Positions 28,101 to 39,433 of a stretch of DNA of 64,000 nucleotides are shown here, piece by piece (positions within the stretch are counted from its first letter, which is position 1; the number at the start of each line of letters is the position of its first letter). The stretch comes from Phoronis australis (taxonomy: Eukaryota; Animalia; Phoronida), in contig NMRA01000050.1 of NCBI GenBank assembly GCA_002633005.1, forward strand, positions 1,059,177 through 1,123,176. The letters run 5' to 3'. The notes below the pieces were generated by a model. The model had not been told where the DNA came from. It saw only the letters and a program-made list of their open reading frames with translations, and made no database searches. The position numbers and the translations under genes were made by a program.

Positions 28101-31100
28101 AAATGAGAATTTTCATATTTTGTTCCTGCACCCAGAACTTCTCGTTCACTAAAAAGCAAAAAGTCCGTTCGACACAAAATGCTGTGGAGTCAGTTTTGTT
28201 TGTTGCAGCGATTGTTCCAACCCTTTTGATGTATACACAGATGTACGGCTTTTTATTCGAGTGCTTCACTTTTCAATTCGGTTATCCCGTTTTTCCATTT
28301 TCGGCAAATGTTGACAAATTAAATAGTCAGCAGATTTTCGAAAGAACATTGCCTCTTTGTTACGAATATTGGTGTATTGTTATTTTTGGTATTCAAATTT
28401 CTTTTCTAACAAAACAAACTTTAAAATATGTTGCAAAGTCTCTTGCACTCGTAAATAGTCAGTCAAATACTTTGAACAAAGCACTTGTTCAGGATGCTGT
28501 CTAGACTTGAGAATGTGACATAACGTGACGCTATTTAACATTTTACCCAGCCCAACCTATGAACTAATTAATCAATACGCTGTACAGCAGGAACACTTTC
28601 GCGTGGTTTCAAAAGCAATATCTATCTATTAGAGCATTATGTACTTTTTTCAATGATAAAGGATATTGCATACTCGCGCATCATTTGATTTTAATTTAGC
28701 ACAAAATGTAATTCAGTTTTGTGCTATAGCTCTCACAGTCTGACGGTATGAAAAGAAATTGGCGCGAAATTATCGCCTCCTAAAACGTCACTTCCAGAGT
28801 AGAGGACGAGAAATTAATTAAATTACGAGAAGCTGTAATTAAGTGAAAAATATGTCTGGGATAATCAACAGACTTTATTTTTGCTAAAAGTGACATGAAA
28901 AAAGGTTTTCTTCGCCTTTAAATGCTACAGTGAACCTGTTAAACTATATCTTTGATAACTTTGGGGATTCGCATTTACCCTAAGATACAGTTTGAGGTTA
29001 ATGCCCAAGGAGTTGTATTGATGCCATTGTCTTCATATGAAATGGTCAATAGTCATATAACAGTATATGCAGTATAAGTGAGAAAACTTTTCCTGGTAAC
29101 ATTTTCATTGGACCGGATTCAAGTTAGTTGCAATCTTCACCACAGGCTCAGACCTGGTTTGAGCTAGGGTCTCCGAAAATAACTTGGTGTCCAGCTAACA
29201 GGTGGCGCTGTTCCAAAATGTGTGACTAGGTAAATTACACTAGGACGGACATCTTGGGATATAGTATCTTTTTTCAAAGTTAGACTAAGCGTTCTCTTTT
29301 GCTGCCTTATGTCTTAATGAAGCACACCTTCCAGTTATTTCCAAAATATAATTTGTTTGACGGGTCCCTTTAGTCCAACATGTCCCACTTTGACGGGTGT
29401 TAAGTAATTCTATGTTCTACATTGTCCTTCATATGTCTCGTTAGCTACAATATATCATTTTCTTTTAACTTCTTGGGGTTTGCAGTGACCCAGTGTAAAC
29501 TTGTGTATATCCATGTTCACAGGAGGAAAAAACTGCGTTCGACGTTTGTGGAAAAGGTTCCTCTACAGGCAAAGATGAGATCAAGAAAATTAAAGCTATG
29601 CTAAAGGTACACGCAGATAAGAGTGGTTCGGATGCGTGTCATCGCTGTGGTGGCGATTAGCATACATGTATGCCCGCACTGCTGCCACCTGCTGTCGAAT
29701 GATCCGCTTGGACTCGCTGATTTCGGCCATATTTCTATATAATTGTTCCTAACTCAAATGAGGGGTGATTTTTGACTGCAACAAACTGATAGTACGCTAT
29801 TCGTTGAGACCATGCTCGGTGTTTAAAGTTGATCTTAAGAAATATCCAACCGTGAATTCTTTGAAAATCCTGACGAAGAAAAAGTTGATGACGCATGGTT
29901 GCTTGCTGTAGAACTTTTAGACCGTTAGAAAGACAGTCAGATTGAAAGATATTCGAATGTCATTTTCAGAAACAAATGGATATGAAACACGAATGTGCTA
30001 TTGAAGTTCGATCACATGCATCAGACGGAGCGACTGCGGGTTCATCCGACCAAACATTAGGAGTGACTGCTCAAACGACTGAGGAGCAGCTTAGTGCAGT
30101 ACTTCAAGTTTTTACCAAATCAAAAGGCAAACCTATCGCCGACGGTGAATGGGATGTCAACCTGAAAGTAAAATCGCGAAATGACGGCACATTGGACATA
30201 TTGGGCGTGGATACAAAGCTGTCGGGTAATTCACTAGTTCCATGGAGAAATTAAGATTGATCTCTTAATGTGTGTTTTAGTGAAAATATCGGAAGTGTGA
30301 AATTTTAACAAACTTCTCCGTATGTAAAGTACACTACTTTACATGTATGTTTTTCAGATTACTTTCCACTCATACAGCCTCCTTCACCGCCCACAGCCTC
30401 TACCACACTGTTCCATGATGTTAATAAGAAGGTGATGTTGGCGCACTTACACCAGTCTTTAGCAGATGCGCTCCCGTCTGTCGTTCTACTTGCAAGGTCG
30501 GATGGGTATGGATTGGGATCTGGGTTCCGCGTTGGTCCAACCTACGTCATGACGAATTGCCATGTTGTGGAACTGCTGAGTGACCCGCGTAAGTACAAGC
30601 AGATACTAGATACAGTGGTTTGTCACTATTCGGAGACTCTAACAGAGTGCCTTTTTGAAACCTAGGTTCAATAGCCGCATGTCTATTTATACATGTATGA
30701 GAGGCGTACTTTTGTCATTCACAAGCCCCGCCCCCCTCCCCGGATAGACTGCTACATGTACATCTAAAATACTGTGTGAAGGGATCCACACAGACCTCTT
30801 GTTGAAAATGCTTTTTGAATAAGATCTACATGTTCTACTTTACGCTCACATTGGAATATTTCATTAATTGACTGTTGCTTATTCTGGGGAGAATTTCACT
30901 CGCACATCGTCACCACTCAGATTCCCTAAACCCAGATAAAATGCTTGATGCCTATTCAGCACGCCCTTTGTATTGATGCAGATCTGAGTTAATGAAGTGG
31001 AAAGATAATAGGTGGCACTTCTGTCTCAACAATGATGGTTGTTTTTACACCAAAACTGGTTTTCTAGTGAATTTGCACAGTGTAACAACCTGCAACTTGG

Positions 31101-34100
31101 TACATTTTAAACATGTCAAAAACACTAAAAAAATTAATAATTCTATATTTATCCTGACAAAGAAAATATGGTTTCAAAAACATGTACATTTTAGATGTTT
31201 TTCACTATGGTTTTTGTTATTTCGTTTTTAATATTCAGGTCTTCTTGTGTATTTTTTTCTTTCCGGGAAGTACTAAAACATTAGTAGATTTGGATGGCGA
31301 GCGAAACTGAATTAGTCTACTTAATTGTGAACTCATTGCTGAACTTTCCAGATTACAGCTACACTAAGCATGTAACAGCCAACAAAACTGTCCGTGTCAT
31401 TAGTTATTATTTTGTCTTTATTGGAACTCAAACCATAAAATATAATTATACGAACGTGCAAATATTGTGACAGCTAAACCTAAGATTGTGAACCTCTGGA
31501 AAATTTCGGTTGCGCTGACTACATAACTACTTTAGCATTTCGTCAGTCATCAAAATAAAGATTGGACACAAGTTGAGTACAACTGTTTCCTCAAATCAAA
31601 AATCTTGAGATTGAAAGAATATTAAAACAACCATGCATGAGATATTCTTAAATCTGATCAGCGTTTGTAAATCCACCGAGTATATCAGTAAACACGCTTA
31701 TTCATCTCCCATAGTACCTAATGCTTGTAGTTTTTAGCATATTGGTTCGTTGATTTTTAAAAATCGAAAACTATATATTGTTGTTTTTCCAGTTTAATAC
31801 CGCCGTGATGTTTGTTTTTTACGACTGTTGCTTAATGCATTTTGAAAACTCGTCAGTATGTACATGCAGAGATGAATATTACGGTATATGTTCGGGTAGT
31901 TGCACTTTATTGGGTTTTGCTCGCTCAGAACACTGCGGTCCATCACCCCTGTATCGAACTCCATTGATCATGGTAAAAGCCGTTCAGAAGGACGAGCGGA
32001 GAAAATTCCCGCGTACAATGTATCTTTAGAAATGTGTGACATCCTTGTAAGCGCATTTTTCAGGATATGCAATTCCTGGAGCAATGTTATCTTTCTAAAT
32101 GGTAAACTTGTGGACCAGTTCATTGTAGCAGTGATTACTTTGGCAAGGGTGTACGCGGGGCCATCTAGTTTTGTGAAGTCTGTGTGTTGGTTTTGCTGCC
32201 CTTTGCGACAAGCAGAAACCGCCATGTGGCACCAAACGCATTCTGTCATTCGACATGGCGTCCACATCGGTGACGACTTATGCTCTGAACACAAACGCAC
32301 GGTTTTGACCCCAGCTGTGTTGAAATGTACATGTAGTTGGTGTGTTTGCTAGGGTATTTGGAACATACATGTAGGTCATGTAGAGTCAATTAAGTTTAAG
32401 AAAGACTGGACTGAAGTTGTAGCAAGTTTAACTGTGGCAGTATACTGGATAGTGTTGGTGATCCGAGCTGAGGAGTACAACGCCAGATGGCAGCATCGTT
32501 TACGTAAGCGTTGATTTTGCACACAAAAACATTTGAAGTACTGAAGACGTGTTAAACCCGTTTATTTTTCGGCATCCCACCAATATACATGTAACTCTCA
32601 AGGATGTACAATCCCAGAATTCGTCACATCGACCTCGTCTAGTGGGTGAGTCTCTTATTTGAAGTAGAGTGTCCGAGGTGCTCACCACACAAAGTTGGAC
32701 GTGATGAAAAGTTGATCATGAAAAGGAAACGTTGAGGGAAAGAGGCTTTCAACTAAAGAGATTCTGAATTGGAAAAGAAAAAAGGTTTTATGTCGACATT
32801 TTGTCTGTCTCTGGTAGATTTGCTCTCTGGTTTTCCATAGACATCCATTCCTTGCCTTTTCTGCCTTAAATTGCATGTTTTCGAATGTGAATATTGGAGA
32901 CAAATTTTTGCCGCATATTGAATATATTCACCAAGGCGACAAAATGCGTAGATTGCAACCCCTTTTGTCACTCGAGGCGTTCATTCTCACAAACCGTGCA
33001 GCTGAAATTCGCCACAAATGCTGTGCATTATTTATCGATAGTTTCATTTCGGGCATTGCATATGGAACGTTGTTCGAAATATTCCTTATCAGACTACATA
33101 TCAGGGGCGGATCCAGAATTTTGAGTTAAGGGGCCAGGCCACAGGAATACCAGAATTTCGGCAGATGTGCGAGACCAGCCTAAAACATTGGGATGCAGGG
33201 GTCTGGGTTTGCGGGCCTGTTGACTAAAAAAAAGAAAACGGGGTTTGTTGATTGCCTATGCATCGTTTACTCAATCCCCCGGGTTTCGGATTTTAGGAGG
33301 GGCATGGCCCCCTTGTCCCCCCCCCCTCTAAATCTGCCACTGCATTTGACAACACTTACATACATGTAGTGCGCTGGTTTGTTCATCGTTAATGTACATA
33401 ACTTCAAGGTGACACCAACGCATAAACTTTCAATTAAGATTTACCAGAGATCATAATTCGTGATTGAGACACGTGAACTCGCTAAAAATACCAAATAAGA
33501 GGTCTAACATTGCGCACTGGAAAATTAAAGGTATATTCCTAAGGATAAAAATCCAAAAAGGAAATTTAGGTTTTGAAGCATATCCCTTCAGACTAGTGGA
33601 AAATCATAAACTTTGAGACCACTCTTTATTCTAGAGAAATAACAAACGAGTATTTTGCAAGCCCATCCATCATTCCTTTTCATTAACCAACAGTATCTCA
33701 CCAGTTTCAGAACAGCAGGTGGCCTAAATTAGAAAACAGTAGCAGAAAATATGCAGCTTTGGCTCCTCTTGTGACACAATTCTCCCGATAACTCAACCGT
33801 TTGTGTGTTTATGTGTGACACTTCAATTTTCATGATAACGCCCCAAAAAATCATCGAACGTTGAACTAGTAATTTAATTTGGAGTTTCGTCTATTCGAGT
33901 GTAGACGCTTTGTAGTGTTTACTCTGCTCCTATATTTTTGTTCCTACATTGTCGATTTGACGACGCTTGCTGTGTGATTGTTGGCAAATTTGATAGACTT
34001 ATTAAACTTTCAGTTCTCATCAGTCAGATATAAACAACAACATCCCTTGAATATTTTTAGTTTTTCTTTACAAATTGCCCATTCTTTTTCTGTCTGTCAG

Positions 34101-37100
34101 ACATTTTCTGAAAATAAATCCGGCATCTTTATCATTTTGATACTTGAAATAATCTAAAAGTACTGTTAAAGTTAACGCCCTGGATTTCGTTCGGAGGCAG
34201 AGTGTTCGGCTGTTACTCCCGGATACATGTACATTTGTATAGTGAGTCTTTGACACCGCTAATGTGTGAAACCTACATTTCTCGCCTATGATTTCCTTTG
34301 GGTGCTGACTTATATACATGTAGTCCAGTGGTACCTTAATAGTTATTCTATCTCTTTGTTTCAGTAGGAAGCAACGTGGTGCTATTTCATTACAACAATT
34401 CGTTCATGCAATCCTTTAACAAGGATAGAATCCGTGCAGCGCCCATTCTCTCAGTCAAAGCACGTGACGAGGACCTCGACATAGCTGTCGTTGACCTAGA
34501 CTTAAAAGCTCCACTTCCGCCACCCTTCAATCGGTGCAAGAGGATAAACAAACATTCGCTGCCGAAACCACTGACTAGGTTTAAAGTTATCGTGGGACAG
34601 GAATATCTGCACTTTGCTGGTCATCCTAACGGCCAAGGGAAGGTTCTGGATACTCAATGTAAAATTGAGCACATAACGCGCGAGGAAAGAACCAGGGTAT
34701 ATGTCGCGTCAATCAATTGCTAGGGCAAACAAAAAATGTTGAGTTATTGTTTTCAAGTGCGTTTCCTGATCAAAGATCATAATGTAGAATTGTCGTGAGG
34801 ACTTGACAGGGACCTCACGGGTCTCACACTTCACTGATTAACCACATTATTTTGAAAACGCTTTGCCCAGTCGCACGCTGTGTGTCACAAAAGAGATAAG
34901 CATACCTGCAGCTGAAGCAGCAAGTAGAACTACTCTTGTTTGTCACATTGGTGTATACACACTGTTGAACTGTGGTTTTCTGTTGACCCCCGACGGTCCC
35001 GAGTTGCACCGATACCAACTCTGGACGGATTGGCGTTATGTTTTATACTTGGCTTATCACACTGTACATGTGGGATGCAACAAACATCATGTCGGCAAAG
35101 AAATAGGCTTTTCTATTCATCTAACTTTTTTGGCAAAACAACCAGTTTTAAAGTTTATATAACCCACCACCTGTAAAAATCAAATTGTTATTTACGCCAC
35201 CTCATTCGGTTATTACCACAGACTAAGGTCTGTTTTACCGAAGAATTAAACTTTCATAATTCTTAAAGTCCAGTCTCGGAAGTTTGGTTAACATTTTATT
35301 TGAGGTATGAGTGGAGCTGGTTCGATAGGTCCTGCATTCTGGCCAAGTGTCTTTATTTCGAAGCGACTGAAAATAAGTAAACCAAATGGGGCTATTCGGA
35401 GAATTCTCCTCGCGGTGTCGCTGCTGTACTAGTGGTGATTGAATTGCGCATGCGTGGCTGTCTGCATGTAAACAACTGGTAAAAGATGGAATTTTTATCA
35501 AAATACGTCGTCGCGCTAAGCCTTATTACTGCTAAATTCCCTGGTGCAAGTCCTCGACAGGTGGCCACAAATTCCCAAAAGACCTAAGGTTACTATATTC
35601 GTGGACAATTGCAGTCAACAGGGTCAACTAACTGAAAAAAGTGTGTGGATGCTGAAGCCCCGTGTGTGCTCTATGTCTATGACTATGCAGTTCCATTCGG
35701 AGACTACACAACATTACTTGGTAAGTTTTTAGCAATCAGTTTCTATCAACATCGTTCGGTGATGTTATCCCCACCAGTTACCCCACTGAATAACAGTTTT
35801 ATTGAGTGGAACTAAGTGTTTCTTTTTGGAAACTCACCCGATGCCGGGTAGGCTAGCAGCACATATTCATATTGTCCTGGGTGGGAGTGCTCCCAAAATA
35901 AGAGGTGTATGGTACGTGATGCACAGAAGTCAAGAGTGACTTTTTCACAGCAGTTTCTCTTCAAAACTATGCTGTTTCCAATAAAATTCTCTAGATGAGT
36001 GAGTTTCCTTATTTTATCGTGGACCCCACCCCCAGGACCACCAGCTCAGTTATCGAATTAACATGAATAAGCCTTAATTCAGTAAATGTCGTAACATTGC
36101 ATTGGAAAAAATTGACACCTAGAATGAATTTTACTTGTTGAGATCAGAAGCACATTTTAAGTGTCATGAAAAATACACATTGTTAAATCACTTTTAGCCT
36201 GTTTCACATATTTTAATTCAGATATTAAATAAGACTTGGGTACAAAGGTTATTAGTTTCTACACATAAACATGAAGATGAAATGTCAAGTATGTTCTGCC
36301 TTACAAAAGTAGTTTTGTCTTGTCTTTTCTTTTACAATTTGCTAATATTTCTATTCTGTTACAGGCAAGAAAAAACAACTGAAACCAACCGCCTGACCAT
36401 CTATTTCACCGTTGGACAAAGTGAAAAGCAATCCTTCAGCAATAACCTGAGAGAATTGAACGTAATTCAGAAATTCAGCACCTGATATGCCTGATTATGG
36501 ACTCCCTCGCAATGTTGTTTCTTTCTGTGCTTTTTCAGTTTGCCATTTGTTTTTAAATACACTGATAATTGTTTATTCTCGAATCTTGTGCATAGCAGAT
36601 TCTTATCCAGCTAGCTACAATTGAAAACATACAATAAGACAATCGATGCAGTCACTGAATGTCATTTCCCCATAATCTGTACCAAATTGAAAAGTTTTTA
36701 CCAATAGTATAAAGCCTTTCTTCTGAAAGGAAAATTTAATGTCACTCAGCTTTTGGCTTTCATTTCACTGGGTTCTAGTTTCAATGGCCTATAGAAGCGC
36801 TTGTAAAAAAGGTCCAGTTTCAACACGTGGCTTTCTTTCATGTAACCTCATTCAGCCTCAATAACATCCACAATTAGACCCTTGAAGGTAAACACAGCAG
36901 CATATCACTTGAATCGTTTTGAGCCCAAAATCAGACTCTGAACTAGACCAGAGTGTGACTAGGTCTTCTTTAGCTTCAGTCCCTCATGTTTCTTCCAGGA
37001 AAGGAAATAAGCTATTGTCCACACATGACTCATTGCCTATGAAAGGGCATCCTCACCAACAAGGCTTATTTGTGTAGCAGTCAGATATAGTTCGTCTGGA

Positions 37101-39433
37101 TACACAGACACTCCACTGGCACATTGTCTTATGGTAACTTAGTACTGCGATTCACATTTCTCCAGGGCCACTGACTTGCACATTGTGCCATGCAGCACTG
37201 CTGGTGTGTGGAAGTGCTGTGGGAAGAGAACGGAGTAACAAAGCTTGTCTATGATACAGCTTGAAGTGGCCTTAAAATGTCACTGAACCTGGAACAAATA
37301 TTGAAATATGAATAATTAAGTACTCCAGATTGGATCAAAAATGTTATCCCTGTTTTTCAAAAATATATGGTGATTGGTCTACAGTTTCACATAAAAGTAA
37401 ATAATTACTATTTTCAGAAACCAAGGGTGTATATAATGAGTATTGCATAAAACTGTGTCTTTATTTTTTATCCCTAGCCATAACAATTCTTTAAACGCAT
37501 CACTTGTCTGTAAAATATACAAGTTTTTTGAGACAACTTCAAACCTTTGTTACCCATTTTCAAGCCTTTTTAATTTTGATACTTTCAGCAATTTTAAACT
37601 CAGATTACAGGTTCATGGGTCTGTCAAGCATACTTCTAGCCTAAGGTTGAGGGAACCGTTTTTCTTCTAATAGAAGATATGAAGACTTGGGTCATTTAAA
37701 AATGATGGATAATCTTTCTGTTGTTTAAGAGTAATTATTACAAATCATATAAGGCACCATCAAAAATGCAATTTTCACAAAAATGGCAGTCATTTGAATT
37801 TATAACGACTTGCAACATTTCAAGGCATGAGTTAAGACTATTCAGTCACTGTGAATTCGGAAAATGTAATATATTTTCGTGGTTTTACAATTGATACAAG
37901 TAGCAAAACAGTTTCATGAAATCAACTTGAAGGGACTTCGTGAAGGTTAAGAATTACCTCACCATGCTCTTTTCCCCAAACATGTATTACCTGTTATTTC
38001 CACACATTCAGTTGTACCAAATATTACAACCCCCCATGCCAATCCCCCCTCGGGACCTGAATAAGTAATTTAACAAAATGACTTTAAAAATAGCTGTTCC
38101 TTTTCAAAGGCTTTGTTCGTTGTCTCCAATATTGAAAGTAGGCTTTGACAACAGATCTGCACTGGATGGGAAGATCTTGTTGGTTAGCTGCAGTCAAATG
38201 CTAAAAACCAATTTTTTGCCCATTCAGGGACGGAGCAGAAGCGATGCGTATCTCCTCTGCACGGTACAAGCCTTCAAACCTAAAAACCAAAGGTTACGTG
38301 AAAACTGACGTGATAGATTTCCATTTCAACGTGTAATAGATTTCCAGAAGACATATGATAGGGAGTAAACAAATAGTCTAATGCAATGGATATTTATCAC
38401 TCACGTACCCTTTGCCATTGGGATTGGATTGTAATCTTAACTCATTAACCTGTATCGAGTTGACAGCATAAACATTCAGCATTGATTGATGTAACTGTCA
38501 CTGATAAACTTTTAGAAATCATTCCAAACAATAATAATGCTTTGATGTACGAAAAGATCCCGATTGCTACGTCAAGTATCGTATCACATATCACAACATA
38601 CAAAGATTAACCAGACTCTGGCTGGCGACTGACTGCCGCGAAGTCGACATCGGCGAGTGCCTCAGTTAACAGGCATCGGTAGAATAATCATGGAATAATC
38701 GTTAAAATAATCACAAACCTTACCTTTGTATGAGGTCGTGCTTACTTCCTCTCATAGAACCACCCTTTTTACGCAATCTCAGATTCAGTTGGCACGGCTG
38801 CAAGCCATTTCACCATGTATTTAAAGGGCTTGCGAAATCGAGGCTGTTAATCTATCACCACTAGTACACGCACGCCCTCTAGTTATTGTAGATTTTCCGA
38901 ATAGCCCCATTACGTCCAGATATCACATCTAACTTGAGTAAGACACCAATTGAGACCAATTTTTATGCCACTGAGTAGGTTAAGAAAAGTTTGATACGGG
39001 TTGGATACTCTGTATATACAGTTAATGTACGTGTACGCTCAGAATGTAATAACGAATAAGTGGCAGTCACTATTTAGTGATTTTAGACAACATTTTGTAA
39101 TTCAGTTTATTACAATTGCAGCTTCATGAACTTCACAGGAGGTCTGGCAGCGACATTTTCACCACAGTAGCCGACGAAAAGCGAGTGCTTTACCAATCTA
39201 GTTCAAAATTCGGTCAAGGCAGCTCAGGAAGTCCGGGATTCGTAGCTGACGACCAACAGGACGCGTGTTTGGCTGTAATGCACACGAGTGGACATAATAT
39301 GGTGTTGCCGCCAGGGGAGTTTCGCCTGAACACTGTTGAGCAAGGAGTCAGAATAGAGTGTATCTATGAATCCATTAAGCGCCAAGACGCACGCTTGTGC
39401 CGCCTTATCTTCCCAGGAGGACGCCCCCAATAA
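10881..39433 (+). CDS. Gene 1: ankyrin-repeat + FAM111-like trypsin-fold serine protease, 14 coding exons, 686 aa
   Basis: Exons 10881-10946, 15938-16027, 19731-19826, 20004-20102, 20656-20754, 21093-21191, 21543-21638, 22015-22113, 27267-27368, 29523-29606, 29970-30225, 30358-30588, 34365-34696, 39122-39433. All introns are GT-AG and phases match, giving 2061 nt with no internal stop. Ankyrin GxT(P/A)LHxAA motifs are followed by [56 protein letters not shown] and VEQGV. Confidence 0.85.
12746..13570. mobile_element. Possible non-autonomous element with nested inverted repeats (Crypton-derived-like) in gene 1 intron 1
   Basis: ATAGATTACTAC (about 12757) pairs with GTAATAATCTAT (about 12867); central GCCCGAG motifs; TTTATACCACA (12878) pairs with TGTGGTGTAAA (13558). 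The family call is tentative. Confidence 0.35.
13408..13490 (+). other. tRNA-derived (SINE-head-like) remnant with Pol III A and B boxes
   Basis: A-box-like TGGTGTAGTGG at 13418-13428 and B-box GGTTCAAAACC at 13461-13471 at tRNA spacing. No convincing acceptor or anticodon stem. Confidence 0.5.
15938..16027 (+). CDS. Gene 1 exon 2, N-terminal capping ankyrin ([30 protein letters not shown])
   Basis: TATTCAG acceptor, CGG|GTAAGT donor, 90 nt, AVxxGDxxxLxxLIxxGxNIN ankyrin pattern. Confidence 0.8.
16128..16252. repeat. Imperfect (TG)n microsatellite
   Basis: Directly visible; it generates the spurious CVCV/THTH ORFs. Confidence 0.97.
17764..17957. mobile_element. About 190-bp interspersed repeat ending in GCCTTTAA (Kolobok-type terminal fragment), copy 1
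   Basis: Aligns along its full length with 28728-28921 (AGCTCTCAC.GTC.GAC.GTATGAAAA...CACTTCC.GAGTAGAGGA.GAG...GAAAAATATGTCTG.GATAA...GCCTTTAA). Confidence 0.6.
18456..19259 (-). mobile_element. Probable solo LTR, antisense in gene 1 intron 2
   Basis: On the minus strand: TGTCA...GTTACA termini, nGAAn/nTTCn-rich U3 region, TATAAATA box (about 18930-18937), downstream AATAAA signals. No matching target-site duplication seen. Confidence 0.55.
19731..20102 (+). CDS. Gene 1 exons 3-4, ankyrin repeats (19731-19826 [32 protein letters not shown]; 20004-20102 [33 protein letters not shown])
   Basis: 96- and 99-nt phase-0 exons with CAG acceptors and GTAA donors; canonical ankyrin consensus. Confidence 0.92.
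20656..22113 (+). CDS. Gene 1 exons 5-8, ankyrin repeats (20656-20754, 21093-21191, 21543-21638, 22015-22113)
   Basis: [33 protein letters not shown]; [33 protein letters not shown]; [32 protein letters not shown]; [33 protein letters not shown]. All have CATAG acceptors and GTAA donors in phase 0. Confidence 0.92.
22682..25915 (-). mobile_element. Academ DNA transposon, internally deleted and decayed, in gene 1 intron 8
   Basis: About 370-bp imperfect TIRs starting TAGT(C/T)AGGTT (22682-about 23050 and about 25540-25915), flanked by 3-bp GGG on both sides. Minus-strand transposase remnants ([36 protein letters not shown]...CTDKS; [12 protein letters not shown]) and a Cys-rich remnant near 23350-23460. 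Confidence 0.85.
27267..27368 (+). CDS. Gene 1 exon 9, ankyrin repeat ([34 protein letters not shown])
   Basis: TTTGTAG acceptor, AAG|GTAGGG donor, 102 nt, phase 0. Confidence 0.9.
28728..28921. mobile_element. About 190-bp interspersed repeat ending in GCCTTTAA, copy 2
   Basis: Homologous to 17764-17957, same orientation. Confidence 0.6.
29523..30225 (+). CDS. Gene 1 exons 10-11: C-cap ankyrin (29523-29606, [11 protein letters not shown]...KIKAMLK) and linker/unknown domain (29970-30225)
   Basis: CAG acceptors, AAG|GTAC and TCGG|GTAAT donors. Exon 11 overlaps ORF 29976-30254 and ends in phase 1, matching exon 12. Confidence 0.78.
30358..30588 (+). CDS. Gene 1 exon 12, protease N-terminal part with catalytic His
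   Basis: SVVLL...[20 protein letters not shown] (His codon 30561-30563); TTTTCAG acceptor, C|GTAAGT donor. Confidence 0.9.
33102..33342. mobile_element. hAT-like MITE
   Basis: Termini CAGGGGCGGATCCAG...CTAAATCTGCCACTG with G/C runs. No clean 8-bp TSD. Confidence 0.55.
34365..34696 (+). CDS. Gene 1 exon 13, protease with catalytic Asp and the FAM111-type GHPxGxxKxxD motif
   Basis: VLFHYN...[11 protein letters not shown] (Asp 34478-34480)...[18 protein letters not shown]; CAGTAG acceptor, AGG|GTAT donor. Confidence 0.9.
35388..38908. mobile_element. ISL2EU-like (PIF/Harbinger-related) DNA transposon, decayed, in gene 1 intron 13
   Basis: TIRs GGGGCTATTCGGA...TGTACTAGTGGTGAT at both ends, flanked by AT. 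THAP-like remnant on + (about 35530-35720, [29 protein letters not shown]). On the minus strand, SAP-like (about 38720-38800, [17 protein letters not shown]) and YqaJ-like (about 36790-37290, [20 protein letters not shown]...[13 protein letters not shown]) remnants. Confidence 0.72.
39122..39433 (+). CDS. Gene 1 exon 14, protease C-terminus with catalytic Ser and stop codon
   Basis: [20 protein letters not shown] (Ser 39224-39226)...LAVMHTSG...[14 protein letters not shown]...LIFP; TTGCAG acceptor in phase 0. Confidence 0.92.
   Translation, partial: LHELHRRSGSDIFTTVADEKRVLYQSSSKFGQGSSGSPGFVADDQQDACLAVMHTSGHNMVLPPGEFRLNTVEQGVRIECIYESIKRQDARLCRLIFPGGRPQ

Noticed and set aside
28031-28504. 157-aa hydrophobic ORF
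   Set aside because: T-rich intronic sequence with a non-ATG start and no domain signal.
31778-32352. Overlapping ORFs of 83-150 aa in gene 1 intron 12
   Set aside because: No recognisable motif. Exons 12 and 13 join in phase without them, so this is probably an old repeat fragment.
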